Shown piece by piece: positions 36,247-49,578 of a stretch of 64,000 nt of DNA. The translations under genes were made by a program, and so were the position numbers. Origin of the DNA: Tubiluchus corallicola (Eukaryota > Animalia > Priapulida); the NCBI GenBank assembly GCA_030141605.1, contig JAQGDQ010000105.1, positions 62,001-126,000 on the forward strand, written 5' to 3'. The notes under the pieces were generated by a model. The model saw nothing but the letters and a program-made list of their open reading frames with translations. It was not told the DNA's origin and searched no databases. Position 1 is the first letter of the stretch. The number at the start of each line of letters is the position of its first letter.

Positions 36247-37341
36247 ATTGACAGCAGGTCAATTTTCGTTGTATCATTGCAGTCAGAAATTGAATTTTTA
36301 GAAGCTTCAGTGAACTTTTCTGTTATTCATATAACAGCGAAAGAAAGACTACAACACATTCGGGATTTCGTGGCCTGCAGAAAGTCAATCAAGAAGAAAA
36401 TTTAGCAGAACATACCAGAATATGCCTGTTATACAAGAATAAAGCGTGAGTTTGCTTTCTCGTCTACTGATCAAGTATATTTTGTTGTTCCTTAATAGTA
36501 ATGTTGGCTTAATAGTAAAATAAAGTGTTTTAATAACTCTTACTAATTAAATGCATTTTTACACTGTGCAGTACGTTGTCTTTAGTTAATAAGTAAAAGC
36601 TCTTTATTCGTAGCAGATTCATGATTGACATTGTTGTTGAAATGAACAAGTTTAATCAGTAAAATATATTCGTCAAAATCGACTAATTGAACTTGTGCAG
36701 CGGAATACCAGCCTATAATAACATCGCCAAGGAAAAGTTCAGATTTCTCGACCATGCTTCCTTTATTTGACAGCTACACCCCAACATAACTTGGGAGGAG
36801 GCGTTTGCAATCACAAGCATGTTATTGGTGACAAAATTACTGCTATTTCATTCCAGTCATCACTATCAAGAAAACGTGAACTGTTTCATGTTGACAATGT
36901 TCAAGGGCGTGTCAAAGCCATAAAACAATTTGTAACCCTGAAAATCCTGTCAACTTAATTCATTTGGATTACTACCATTTTGCATGGATAGACGTTGTCT
37001 CAGACCACGATTTATATATTCCGGGACTGTTGATCTGCAGTTGTTTTTTTATACTAGATTCCTAGTTTTACCCACCCTAGTAAGGACTGGAAATCCACAT
37101 GTCTCATTGCTAATTAATATTTCATCACACATCAAATACAGCCAACACTGAGATTACAACTCCAGTGTACCTAGTCTATTTTATCTTTTACCAAAAATCG
37201 TTGTTGCATTTATAGTAAGCTAATCCAGAACAGCGTGTGCTTTGCCATAAACTAACACTGATTGATTGTCTGTAATGCTCGCATTATGATAGTCAGCGTT
37301 AATCCCAAATAAAAGAGTTTAGTACCGTTGCTGGCTGCTGG

Positions 37342-37440
37342 TACTACTCGTACACTACTATTACTACCACCACCACCACCGCCGCTGCCACCACCACCAC
37401 TACCACCACCACTACTAGTAACACTACAACAACAACAACA

Positions 37441-37537
<97 letters not shown>

Positions 37538-37690
37538 TTAACACCACCACTATCACCACCACCACCACTACCACCCCCACCAGCACTACTACTACCAACC
37601 ACCACCACCACCGCCACCACCACCAATACTACTACCTACTACTGCTGCTACTGCCGCTGGTGCTGCTCCTAGTGTTGCTACTACTGATGA
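37342..37690. repeat. Compound (ACT)n/(ACC)n trinucleotide repeat
   Basis: Directly visible; accounts for the poly-L/poly-S/poly-V ORFs. Confidence 0.95.
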
Positions 37691-38078
37691 TGCATGGTAC
37701 TGCTGGCTGGTGCACCACCGCCACTTCTACTATGAAGCCTGCTTTGATCGATTAACCTTTGGATTTTGAATCAACTTTCTCTATCGATCCAGACAACTCC
37801 CTTGATAATTTTTTTCATCGCACACCGGTGTGCTAATTTTCTTCGACCTGATGGTCCAAGTCAGACGCGATGATAAATAACGGCGATTAAGCTTTTGACA
37901 TAAACATCGCCAATCACCTTCCATGTGATTATGCGCTCAGCTACCTGCACAGGTACGTGGTACTTTATAGGGACCTTCCTTGGCTATGACGCATGAGTCG
38001 ATGACTTGATCGCCAAGCGGTGAACATCACACACGTTCACTCTAAGCGCTTATTAGGGTTCTCATCAGTAGAGCAGTC

Positions 38079-41000
38079 ATGACGATGATGAACTATTTGT
38101 TGCTGTTGCCTGCTGTAATAGTTGCAGGTAAGTTAAAGACGCATTGTTATTAATTGATTCATTAATTAAATTAAACAAGTTTCAATATGAACGTCATGCA
38201 TTGATATTTACGCATTTGCAATGAAAAGTAGATCGAATTCACAGAAGATAAAAGTTAATTAGCACATGTATTTATAAAGACGACCTTTTATGAATTATTT
38301 ACTGTAATGTTTCTGCTACATTGATTAACTGAATAACGACTATATTATTAATGTTGCAATAGTAAACAAACTGGTGAAATAACTAATAATTTTGTTTTCA
38401 TATATAATGAAGAGTTTTCATATATAACTGGTAATTAAAAACTTCAAATGTACATTGGTGGCCAAAATAGGACTAGCTAACAAAAAATCTCTTTCTTGAT
38501 CACATCAAACATCCTATCATCATCGTTTGTAATACGTGATTCAATTAGAAACGATGCTCTTAAGTTTAATGCAAAGAGGGTTTTCAAACATTCACTTATA
38601 ATTAAAAGTAATTTTTATAGTTTTCTTGATAGTAAATTTCATTTTACTCTTTCACATGCGGTTTAAGACGCAAATAGTCCGAATGCTATTATTGTACTAT
38701 AAGAACGAGAAAAGAAACTGCATTAACAATTGAGGCCTTAATTGCTAAAACAAGCATTCGTAAAGTGTTTAAGCTCTAAAGTGTATTAACCATTGAGGTT
38801 ATGACCAGGTTTTTTTGCTTTACAATCGAATGGGCAACAGCCCTCTTCACGCTTTCGTATTTAAGAGACGTACTGTCTATTATACGATTACAAACAACAT
38901 GAACATAAACAGCACAAGAGATGTAAAGAGTTTATTTTAAAATATAATATTTCTTGTTAGTGTCAAAACATTTATTGTTAAATTGCTTTTACGAAAGGCA
39001 AATGAATTGCATAAAAGCTTGCTGTAAAAGAGTAATTTTGTGCAAGTTACATAAAGTCCAATATACCGTTAAAAAAATTTTCCAGTTTTTCTGTAATTGA
39101 CGTCAAGCATATTTGTCTGTTGCTCCGCCCCCGCTGCAACGTAAGCACGCTCAGCAGCATTCGGGACAACAGCTCACGCATTACAGCAACTGTCTAAGCT
39201 AAACTAACAACATGACAGTCACAACTAATGTCTAATCAGCAGATAAACTGATTGCTCTTTGTCATAAACACAAATTTGCAGAGCAGCAGCTATTTTAACA
39301 CGAAATTAACACTTCAAGTAGCCGAAAGGTGACTTTTCAATTTAAACAGAATGTATTTTTAGAGACGAAGTTTAAAAGCGCTACAAAATTCAGAGACATA
39401 AATATAATAAAGAAACTAAGCCAGTTAGCCTTGCTTTACAATAAATGAGCAACCAAAGATTTGAAAGTCTCTCTTGGCTTTAAACATACGAACATCAAGC
39501 CTGCGATGTATTTTTTTATATTAATTGATCATGTGCTCGTCTGCAAGATTTATTAAGGTTTTGTATTTTCTGTTTGTCGGGCTACGGAAATGGAATAAAT
39601 TTGACCGTTCCATCCCATAGACAACCCTTATATTGAATGCCCGAGTCACATGAGTCCCAATGGTATCTTTTAACCTTGATTATAAGCAGAAAAATAGCGT
39701 AAAAATAGCTAATATTAGATTGATGTATAATATAAGTTTTGACTACATTTGAATTAATTTTGACAGTGAAGATCTCATTGATGTTTATAAAAACTGGCCA
39801 GAAAAGAAAACATTTTGGTTTGTCTTTATTTAAAGTTAACGAATTAGTTGTCTTTATCTAACTTGCAAAGCCATAAACTAAACTAAACTGCGTATTTTCT
39901 TGACTGCAAAATGTTATAATGAGCAACTCATAGACGTAAGCGTTGTGCATTTCTTCCTATAAACGAAACTAGACTATACATTTCTGCTAATTCTATTGCA
40001 ATTTCAAATGACAATAATAAAATCTAGAACCAGGCCAATATTTCTCCCGCTAACTAACGAAAAGTTGAGCATTTTTCATAACAGTGTTAGACGGAGCTGT
40101 TGCTAAATGTCCCGAACGTACCTGCTGCAGAGGTGTGTGAAATAACTTACACGCTGATTGGGCAGTCAACGAAAATGATTGACATTATATTAGACGTCAA
40201 TTGTGCAAACAAACTTGAAACAGATATTGTGCAACTCGAACGTAAACGTATTCACAATTTACAGATATAGCAGCTACTGAAAAAACCGTATATCAGTATC
40301 CTGTCCACCGTATGATATGTAGTTGGCAAATCAGTAATTAAATGGATCATTAATAATTCACTACGGTTGATTAATTATTTTCAATCAGCCGCATAACTAC
40401 TAATTACAACTTTATGAATAAACAATTAGTGGCTGCTTCATTATGATACGCCGGACGTGATTATATTAATGGCAAAAGTGATGCAATATGCTTTTCAATA
40501 TTTAAACTACATATATTAGATGTTTTACCATTTACCGTGACGTAAAATCCAATAGGAATTTTCAAATTTAATCACTTGGCATACAAGTGACTTCAACCTT
40601 AACCCTCGAGATAATTTGGAAGATGAATAAGAATAAAATTAAGTATAATTTTAGTTGCAGGATTATTACTAATGGTGAAACTAACATACAAGTGTTAATA
40701 AATGTGAGATTCTACCAATTATTAATTAGAAGCATATTATGAAGATGAAACTAGTCAGCTACTTTAATGTCCACTACATAGTAAACAAGAAGCTCCTTAG
40801 AAATTAACTGTCCTCAAAATAATAATTTTGTAATCATGACATGACATGCTCACCTACATTGATTAACTATACTCAGAATGAATTACCTGGATATGTAATA
40901 AAATTACACGATTTGAGGAATTGTCGGTTAAGCCTGAATATCTCCAAATGTTAAATAAAAATTGTGAAGCGGAACACAATAGAAGGAGAAGTCTACGACA

Positions 41001-44000
41001 CTGAAATTGAATAAATCAACATAATCTACATGCAGAGTATCACAGCTTAGTGACTCAGTGTGTGTATTAGCGTATTCATATCTTTGAAGTTTATTTAAAC
41101 TGGCTTGATAAATTTTAAACTATCCATTAAAAAGAAATTTTAGTATAATCTTTTACTTTGTGCAAAGTTACTTGGTACAAAACAACATGATCTTAGACAT
41201 ACATGTTCTTCCATCATTTTTACTTCTATTGATAACTTTGTCTTCGTCTCTGTTTCTAGAAGCCATAAATAATCCCAAACCTTTCGCATTTCAGTTACTT
41301 CCGAAAACGCGTTAGAAGATTCAGTTCACAGAGATAAGAGACAAGTTAGTGAACAAAGATTTCTTGGATCCTGTACGTATACGTTGGGTTTTTGTTACGT
41401 TGCTAACTAATAATGTAACACATCAACATGTGAGCCACTTTCAGCTTTTAATGCTGTCAGCTTTTCGGTCTACCTGCTGGAAGTGTCTATAACTATATAA
41501 CTGCTTACTGAATTTTGTTAATATTGGCACTACCTCATTTAGTTCTTTTATTATTTATGCACGGTAACAGATATATAGAAACCCGAGCTTACCCGGTTAG
41601 TGTGGATACCAAATTTCTATCATATGTAAGAATATTGAGTAGTTGGCTTTTACCAAAGCTATTAAAAGTGCATTTATAACAAAGCCAATAAAACGTGGAT
41701 TATACTTATTCACAATGCTCGTGTTATTGCTTGTGCAGTTTGACCTCTAATATCTAATAGCTATTGTTTGCTTGTGTTACATCTTTCCCAGCTACCGTGC
41801 AAGTCGGTACTGCCCAATCTCTGGATTAATCGATCACACACAAGACAGAAAGTTTGTGATCGATTGGCGTATGACCACCTGTGAGCATAAGTGTGTCAGG
41901 GTCTATTGTTTTACAATGCAATATATATTCATCATTAATGCATCAACCAATTGAAAGTGAAGACTTGTTTTATAGATTTGTAATTAATATTATAAGGTTG
42001 CTGATTTACATTAGTGGACTGCACACAGGTGAATAATTATCGACATCCAAGTTAATGAGAACGATCACGAATGTAGAGTTTGGCTATAGCCTATAAGTTT
42101 TTAAATGTTTGGCACCTGCTAATTTTACTAATTTATTTTGTCAGGCTATCATTGTTACATTCTTTTTTATATTTCGCCTGAACATAAAATGAGTGAAACA
42201 TTTACATAGTAGTTTCCAGAAGCAATTTTAAACTTCAGTTCGGTTCAATAATACATTTTAAAAGCAGAAGGCCTCATTAAAATATCTTTAAATAAAAAGA
42301 AAATGAAAAAAATCTTGGCACTTGAATAGAAAAAAGTGAAAGCATTCATCATGTATTATAATGCTGCCTTTAAAATGGCAGGCACTGCTAACCTAAGAGC
42401 TTCAACAAAGCTGTCATTTTATCTTTTTTTTAACCTCAGTTGATACAGGATGTTTTGAAAGACCAAAGTGTCTAGCTAATGGAAGGACGAAAGATCCAGC
42501 TAACTGCAGAAACTTTGCAATGTGCACAGACGTGGGAACACCAAAAGAGACATACAACATCTTTACCTGTGGACCTCTTCTAATTTACAATGAAGACAAG
42601 AAAACATGTGATTGGCCTGATACTGTTAGTATCGACCAACGCTGTACGTGTGGAGAGCTGGGCGGAGGTGAGAAAAAATATGAAACATAATTATGGGGGA
42701 CAAAAATTCCAGGCCCACTTTCGTGTGGGTCAGCCCGGTAATACTATTAACCGATTAAAACTGATTGCGTACATTGCGCAGAGCATAATAAGGGCGTGTA
42801 CACAAGCACCTGGAATGTGCGGCGACGCAAGTGCGATTCACCTAGCATCGGATCATACAAAATGTCTGAAACTTGCAACAGCTCCTAGTTTAGCAAAAAT
42901 AAATAAAAACATTTCGTAGTTCATCCACTACATCATAAAATACACATTTTGGTATGACAGCGCTGGATGAACCTCCTCGTCTGAATCGTACCTGCGCGTA
43001 GGACCTGCACCGTCGGAGATTTCGCATGCGTGTATACTGGCTAATAGCTTCGATCAATGAATCAGTCAATCAATGAAAGCATCATGTAAGATTTGTCCAG
43101 AGGTTGAAGTTTCAAAGAGTTAAACGATGTGCATGTCTGTTACTGCATTGTCAACTATGTGCTTTATTCTCTGTTATTTCTTGTACTTAACTGTAGTGTC
43201 CACTATTTAATTTCAGTAAGCTTACTTTGTAGTTAATTTTGAGTACTTTATGGATTATTCAATGATATAGTTCAGTCGTAGTATATTTATTATATTTTTG
43301 AGTGTGCTTAATTTCTGTATGTCGAATGTGAGCAAATTTATCGAAGTAATAACATTTAGTGTTAAACTGAAGTGTTTTGCCAATCAGCAAGCCGCCAATA
43401 CAACAAACCAATTTGCAGCTTTCATCTAGACAAAATCTATATAAATCTCCCTATATTGATTTACAAGTATAGGCTCTTAACGTCCTATACGTTAAGTATC
43501 GTAAACGCCTTGAACTTTATATTTATTACTGTATACTTCTTTTGAACATGAACCCTGGTGCTGCATAATAGCACGTAATAAAACTAACAAATACACTAGA
43601 GAAATCCTTTTTACACAATCTGCAGAAATCGAAAGCTACCAAAGCTAGCATAAATTAACATAAAATTTGTAAAGTGCAGAAATGGTGTTATGGATTCCTG
43701 TTCTACTTGTAGTTACAAAGCAATTTCTCTCGCACTAAATATTCTAAATAGGCATAAACTTGAAGCAGAGCTGGTCCGCGGGTCATGGGTCACTTGATTC
43801 GCAGTTTTTGTTGGATCAAATGCCTGAGGGTCTGAAACCTGACCATGCGACCAACGAAAAACCTATATAATTATATTACTTAAAAAAGTGATATTTTTAT
43901 TTTAAGTGAAACGTGGGATAAAAATAAAACTGTGTATAGATTACAACTTTAGTTTTTTGACTACAGTTAAAGTTTTGTCAGCGCAGTTATTCTAACCCTC

Positions 44001-47000
44001 GGAAATCACTGCTTTTGCTCTATGAAATCTGTTACATTCAAGTGATGCTGATGTCCATTCTTTAGAAATTTGAATGATTTTGCAGTTGTTCAGAAGCTAG
44101 CAATGTAAATGTCATCAGCATTATAAAGTTAAAACCGGATCAATAAGGGTCAATTCTGTTAGGACGCGGGTCATTTTATGGCTAGTGAGTCATTGGTGTG
44201 AGTCAGATTGGGCTTGGGTCGCGGTATCCATGGGCCAAGTAGGCGATGGGGTATACTTAGTAACCCTTTCTAAATCTGACTTGAGGTAGTTCTTAAGATC
44301 CTAACCAAACATGTTACCGCGCGTTAGATTTCCAAACACAATAACCTATATTCAGGTATTCGTTAATCTACCCTTGAAATATAGAATACAGTATCAATCT
44401 AATTGCAATTTAATACAGTCGCTGCAAATGAAGTTTTAACGTGCTTTGTGGTACGCGTTTTACAGGGCATCCCTGTGAAGCTGAACCGATCTGCGTCAAA
44501 GAAGGCAACATGATCAACCCAAAGAATTGCAAGAACTTCATTTCTTGTGTCAATTATGGAACGCCTGTTGAGAGACAATACATCCTGGACTGTCCTGAGG
44601 ATCTGGTAAGAGATATATCTTTCCCCATTTTATGTTGTTGGGATTAGCTGCTTCGTAATTTGGTGTTGTTACATAAAAAGTCAATTTCGATCTAGTATGA
44701 AGACATGCGTAATACTTCCTAATTATAGGCAGTTATTACCGTGTAAGTGATTAATTAACTGGCCTCCAGTGAGCAAGCGAGCAAGTAAGAGAGTCATTCA
44801 GCCAGCGAGTTACCCAAAGAGTCACCCTGTCAAGTGTGGTTAATTAAATGCATTTTGAATGTATTAGACGCCCTAAACTATTAAATACTCTAATATTTAC
44901 TAGTACAAGTTTGTGCAGGTAATTTAATGTATCATTTAGATGACACCTACAATACTTAGACAGTCAATCAAAAATTCGTTGGTTAGCCTGTAAGTCAGTT
45001 GGCCAGTTGCTATAGCGCATTATATGGCCAGTTATTCTGTTCTTGTTTATACGTAAATCAATACGCGTGTACGTTTATACGTATTCATTTGGAAATTAAC
45101 ATTACTAATCAACTAGTCCAGAATTCAAAGCATTGGATTTTTTCTGCTTAACTGGCTGAAAATGTAGAAGGCCATTTTTTGTTTTCGTGGAATTCATTTC
45201 ATGTTATTTAGAAAGCCATTTAGCGTTGCTACGGAATCCCTTTTATCATAAAAAATAGACTACAGAGTAACTCTATTCTGACAGCATAATGTAAAAACTG
45301 GCGAAAACTTATTAAGGAGAAAGTGTTCGGCTACATCGCAGTGAGTAACCTGAAAAATCACCAGTATGCAACGTTACATAATGTCATTATTTCAGAATCT
45401 AGCAATTTCTCTTCAAAATGTTGCGTTCTAAAGTTTAGTTGACACTGTTTTACGTCCTTCATGCACATGATTGGAAAAAAATACGTCTAACATCAGAAGT
45501 TTTTTTTAAAAGAGCAGCAATAGAGACGAATGCAGTGTTGCGAAGGTTAATATCTGCCATTAGCTGAAAGCAAAGCTAACTTGCAGACTTTAAAAAGTTC
45601 CACAGCAGACTCGTTTTTTAACAAAACAGTCAAAGTAAATGACGACGCCTTATTATAAGTAAATAAGCCAACCTACGAGTCTAGCCTTATCTTGAAACAC
45701 GATAAGAAACATGTTTTTAATTAGCTGTTAACAGTTGTAAAAAAACGCACATACCGGTCGTATCCTTAAGCTGTAAAAGATCAGGAGAACAAATGAGAAA
45801 AAAATGACAATTGGCAGCAGAAGGACATAACTTTATAACCTGCTAATTACAATATACTTCATGTGGGTATTATTGACTGTCCAGTTACTTTTAACACAGA
45901 GGTCGAAAATTCACACTTAGAAATAATGAGGCACGCGAGACGTGCTTTTAACCAAAGAATCAAAATTAATAACAGTAATCATTTATCAGTTTTCTACACA
46001 ATGTCGCAGTTGGCGTATGTGGTTAAGTGTTGAAAGTCCGCTATTATTAAGCTGTTCTACCATTCCTTGCTGTCAGGGTCGTTGGCGCGTTTGGGCCACA
46101 TTTCAGGCAATTTCGACATAATTCATCTCATATTAAATAACGTTCTAGGTCACTTTTGGAGCGATCAGTTTGCCTATTGTGCCTCAACGATAGCCTATTG
46201 TTGCTTACTTTCTGTTCTCGACCTATGAGTTGATGCTTAAACATGTATTTTACAAATCGAGTAATCGATCTTCTAAAACTTTGAAAAAATATATCTCTTT
46301 TTTCAGATTTTTTTCGATAATAAGTTATGGTGAGAGCATTGAGCTGAGCCTGAGTAGCATCTAAATTACCTGAAATATGAGTCCTAGCACGAATACCGAA
46401 CTATTTTTTTTGTTTAAATTTTACTCATTTATAGCATGCAATGACTATCTCATACATTTCTTGAGTTCATTACGTAACAATGTAGCATTATGTAACAAAT
46501 CACATAATTCGTCATTATGCAACAAATTTTACCTCATTATGTAACAATCATTGTGCACCAAAAATTATGCATTATGTAAGAAATCAAGGTAGGATTGGTT
46601 GTGGATTTACCAGCTCGCGGATAAACAGCAGTGTGAAAATGCGTAACGTATTTAACCCTGACAGATCAGACTTCGGACAGTCAAAGGCCTAAGCCACAGA
46701 CCAAACTAGAGTAGAACAGACCAAGCTGGAGCGAGGCCCACATCTAGAGCAGAAGGCAACTGACCCAATAATTAGACTAAATCTAATCACCGACCACGAT
46801 CAATCCTAGATTTGCCTATCTATTACATAATACATCATTTTGTTGTATAATGATTGATCCATAATAACGTAAAACTTTGTAAATAATGACGAATTTTGTG
46901 GTTTGTTATATAATGCAGTATTTTTTGTTACATAATGCAGATTGTTGCATAATCAGCCTTTCGTTACATAATAAACCTGACTATACGTCTGATACTGCCT

Positions 47001-49183
47001 TTTGCCCGATATATTTTATTCACTCATAACTAGGGTATAGGTGAGAAGTGACGGTATGTGTCTGGCTATGGAGTTAAGTATCACTACGCCTGGTCAGTAA
47101 TGGACGACAAAAAACAAAACTTCTGCAGCTGAACTCGTTTCATCTGCTACGTTCATTTACCTTGTTGAGGAAGGACACGCCCGAATGTGGCTAAAGCAAT
47201 TCATTGATCCAGTGTTTCATATCAGCGAGTTATCATATATAATTAGCTAAGTTCCAGTGTCACTGCAGCATTTGAAGTTAGTAGTAAGCTTTGTTGCGGG
47301 GTACTAGAGTTTTGCTTGGGGTGGGCCGAAATGTAGTAAGAAGTGTGCCACAACAAATCCGCAAATTCCAAAATTCAAACAACGACAAAAGGCACACAGA
47401 TTTTTGTGGCAAATAGCTCACCAAAATATCTCTTCAAAATAAAATAATACAAAATGCAAAATAACCAAAAGAAATGAGCGAGTCGACAAACAAAAATATT
47501 TCTAACGTATTTCTCACAACAAATTACTTCTATCAACCAAGCTGGACAAAATCTGCAATCGAAAACGGAGAGATCACAAAACTAATTAAAAAGATGAGCT
47601 TTTAGGGCATACATTTTACAGTGCAATACGCAGCGTGTGGTTTTAGTCACCAAAACAGATTCTTTTTTCGCATCGCATAGTATTCTTCTGTGTTTTAGTT
47701 AAATACGAGCTTTAATAAGCAATTCATTTTTTACGACGACACGTCTAACTTATCAGTATGAGTATATCTCTTTCAGGTTTACAATCACGAAACAGATGCA
47801 TGCGACTACTACCGGAACATCGGAGAAGCACGATGTTTGTGTGGCGAATTCAAGAATGTCACAATCAACTCTTTCATTTCTAAAACAAGAGGCACTCCAA
47901 AACCACCTCAAACCACTAGACGAACAACCACAGGGATGACAACGCCCACGACTGCTAGTACTACATCATACAGAAGAGGTATGCAATGTCCAAGTTATAG
48001 TAAAGTACGCGCTTACACCGGACATTAGCTTACAGTTAAAATGCGCGTAATAGAAACAATGGTTTAATTATAAGTAAATAATATATATAAGTAAATATAT
48101 AAGTAAATATTTAAAGTAAGAGAAAGCAAGTTATTAGGCAAATGTAGAATATAAACTCTACATATCTTAGCAAATCGATAGCTAGATATACATCTGGATA
48201 TCTGAATTATTAAATCGTTCAATCGTATCACTAACAATCACTAATCTATTCAAAAGGATGCTAATCCTAGTCTATATGGAGGCGTAACGTGTCCTAATTA
48301 GTCGACTTCTCAAGTAGGAATGTCCATGAGCCAGAATCAATGCAGGTGTTTCCAGTACCCGCATCTACTGAACTCAAAGCTAAATTGTCATACGCTGTTG
48401 TACGCTATCATGAGTTTTAGGAGTAAATGTTTTGCTAAAACAAAACCATTTTAGTGTGTATTATTAGTACACACTTTAAAAATTAAAACAAACTGAACTT
48501 TTGAAAGTTTCTAAGCCAAAATATCTAAGTTGGAAAAAAGTGCGTTAATTATTGATCTTGATTTCGCGGGAACCTAATGTGTCAATAAAAGGGAATAGGA
48601 AGGCAAAGAAAAAAAATAAAAGCTGAAAAGAAAGTGAAAATATGCGCTCCAAATCTTAATTTTGAAGGTGGTTCAAGATGCACCAGAAAACCAGTATGCA
48701 CCGACAATGGAATTATCCCTGATCCCAGAAACTGCCAGAGCTTCATCCAATGTTTATTCTATGGAACCCCAAATGAGAGGCAACAGGAATTTCACTGCAG
48801 CGGCGACTTGGTAAGAAAAATCCATTTAATTTACAAAATTTTTAGTCGTCTTCATCTCTTTAACACACATTTAATACTAGTTTCCCTTTTCTCAAACTAT
48901 TGGCGACTGTAAGTTTAATTTTGTTGTTGGTAAAGACAACAAACTGCGACTCTACAGATAGATTCTTAAATATTTGAAACATTTTGACACTACTTCAAGT
49001 AAATCAAATATTATTGTTAGCTATATAAGGTATGTTTCCATCAAATGTTATAATCAGTTTATTTGGGGACTGTCTGTACGTAGTTTTTGTTTTTAGGTTT
49101 ACAATTCTAGGCGTAACGCGTGCGATCATTACAAACCAGAAGGTGCAGTGAGATGCCGATGCGGCGAATTTGACAAGTCTTGA
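38079..49183 (+). CDS. Secreted chitin-binding type-2 (CBM14/peritrophin-A-like) protein with signal peptide, propeptide, three Cys-rich modules and a short Thr-rich linker, ~308 aa
   Basis: Exons 38079-38127 (MTMMNYLLLLPAVIVA, G|gtaagt), 41295-41372, 42440-42667, 44466-44605, 47777-47978, 48668-48810, 49097-49183 (TGA); 927 nt in frame. Each module shows G..xDP.NC..F..C...C..L.YN....CD(W/Y/H), typical of CBM14. Confidence 0.85.
42792..43041. mobile_element. PIF/Harbinger (Tourist-like) MITE
   Basis: TAA on both flanks; imperfect TIRs GGGCGTGTACAC / GTGTATACTGGC; internal inverted pair CGCAAGTGCGATTCA / TGAATCGTACCTGCG and an internal hairpin GTTCATCCA...TGGATGAAC. Confidence 0.6.
43766..44278. 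mobile_element. hAT-like MITE in an intron of the chitin-binding gene
   Basis: Ends CAGAGCTGG... and ...TAAATCTG; flanking 8-mers ACTTGAAG (43758-43765) and ACTTGAGG (44279-44286), 7/8 identical; repeated GGGTCA subterminal motifs. Confidence 0.75.
46466..46975. mobile_element. Foldback-type element with ~100-bp inverted arms built from CATTATGTAACAA motifs
   Basis: Left arm GCATTATGTAACAAATCACATAATTCGTCATTATGCAACAAATTTTAC... aligns with the reverse complement of ~46820-46920 (GCATTATATAACAAACCACAAAATTCGTCATTATTTACAAAGTTTTAC...). Boundaries approximate. Confidence 0.7.
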
Positions 49184-49447
49184 AGCAGGAGAATACGAAC
49201 AAAAATAAATAGTTCACCAACTCTGTTGAAAACTTCTCAGACAATTTTCAAATTATAAAACTTATTTCTGGCGGAAAAAGACACGTTTCAAGGGAGATGA
49301 CTTATATTTAATAAATAATGAAACTCAGAATAATGCAATCAAATGTGAATTTTCGTGCTTGGCGTTTTAAACTGACAGGAATGTAACTCTAACAATTATA
49401 ACTCTAGCGAAAAATTACAAAATATTGTAAAGGTATGGGGTGTTCAT

Positions 49448-49578
49448 AAATGAATGAATGAATGAATGAATAAATGAATGAATGAATGAATGAATGCGTG
49501 AGTAAGTGAGTGAGTGAGTGAGTGAGTGAGTGAGTGAGTGAGTGAGTGAGTGAGTGAGTGAGTGAGTGAGTGAGTGAG
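49448..49578. repeat. Compound (GAAT)n(GAGT)n microsatellite
   Basis: Directly visible. Confidence 0.98.

Noticed and set aside
42590-42919. 109-aa ORF with an apparent signal peptide (MKTRKHVIGLILLV...)
   Set aside because: Alternate frame of the module-1 exon running on into intron and MITE sequence.
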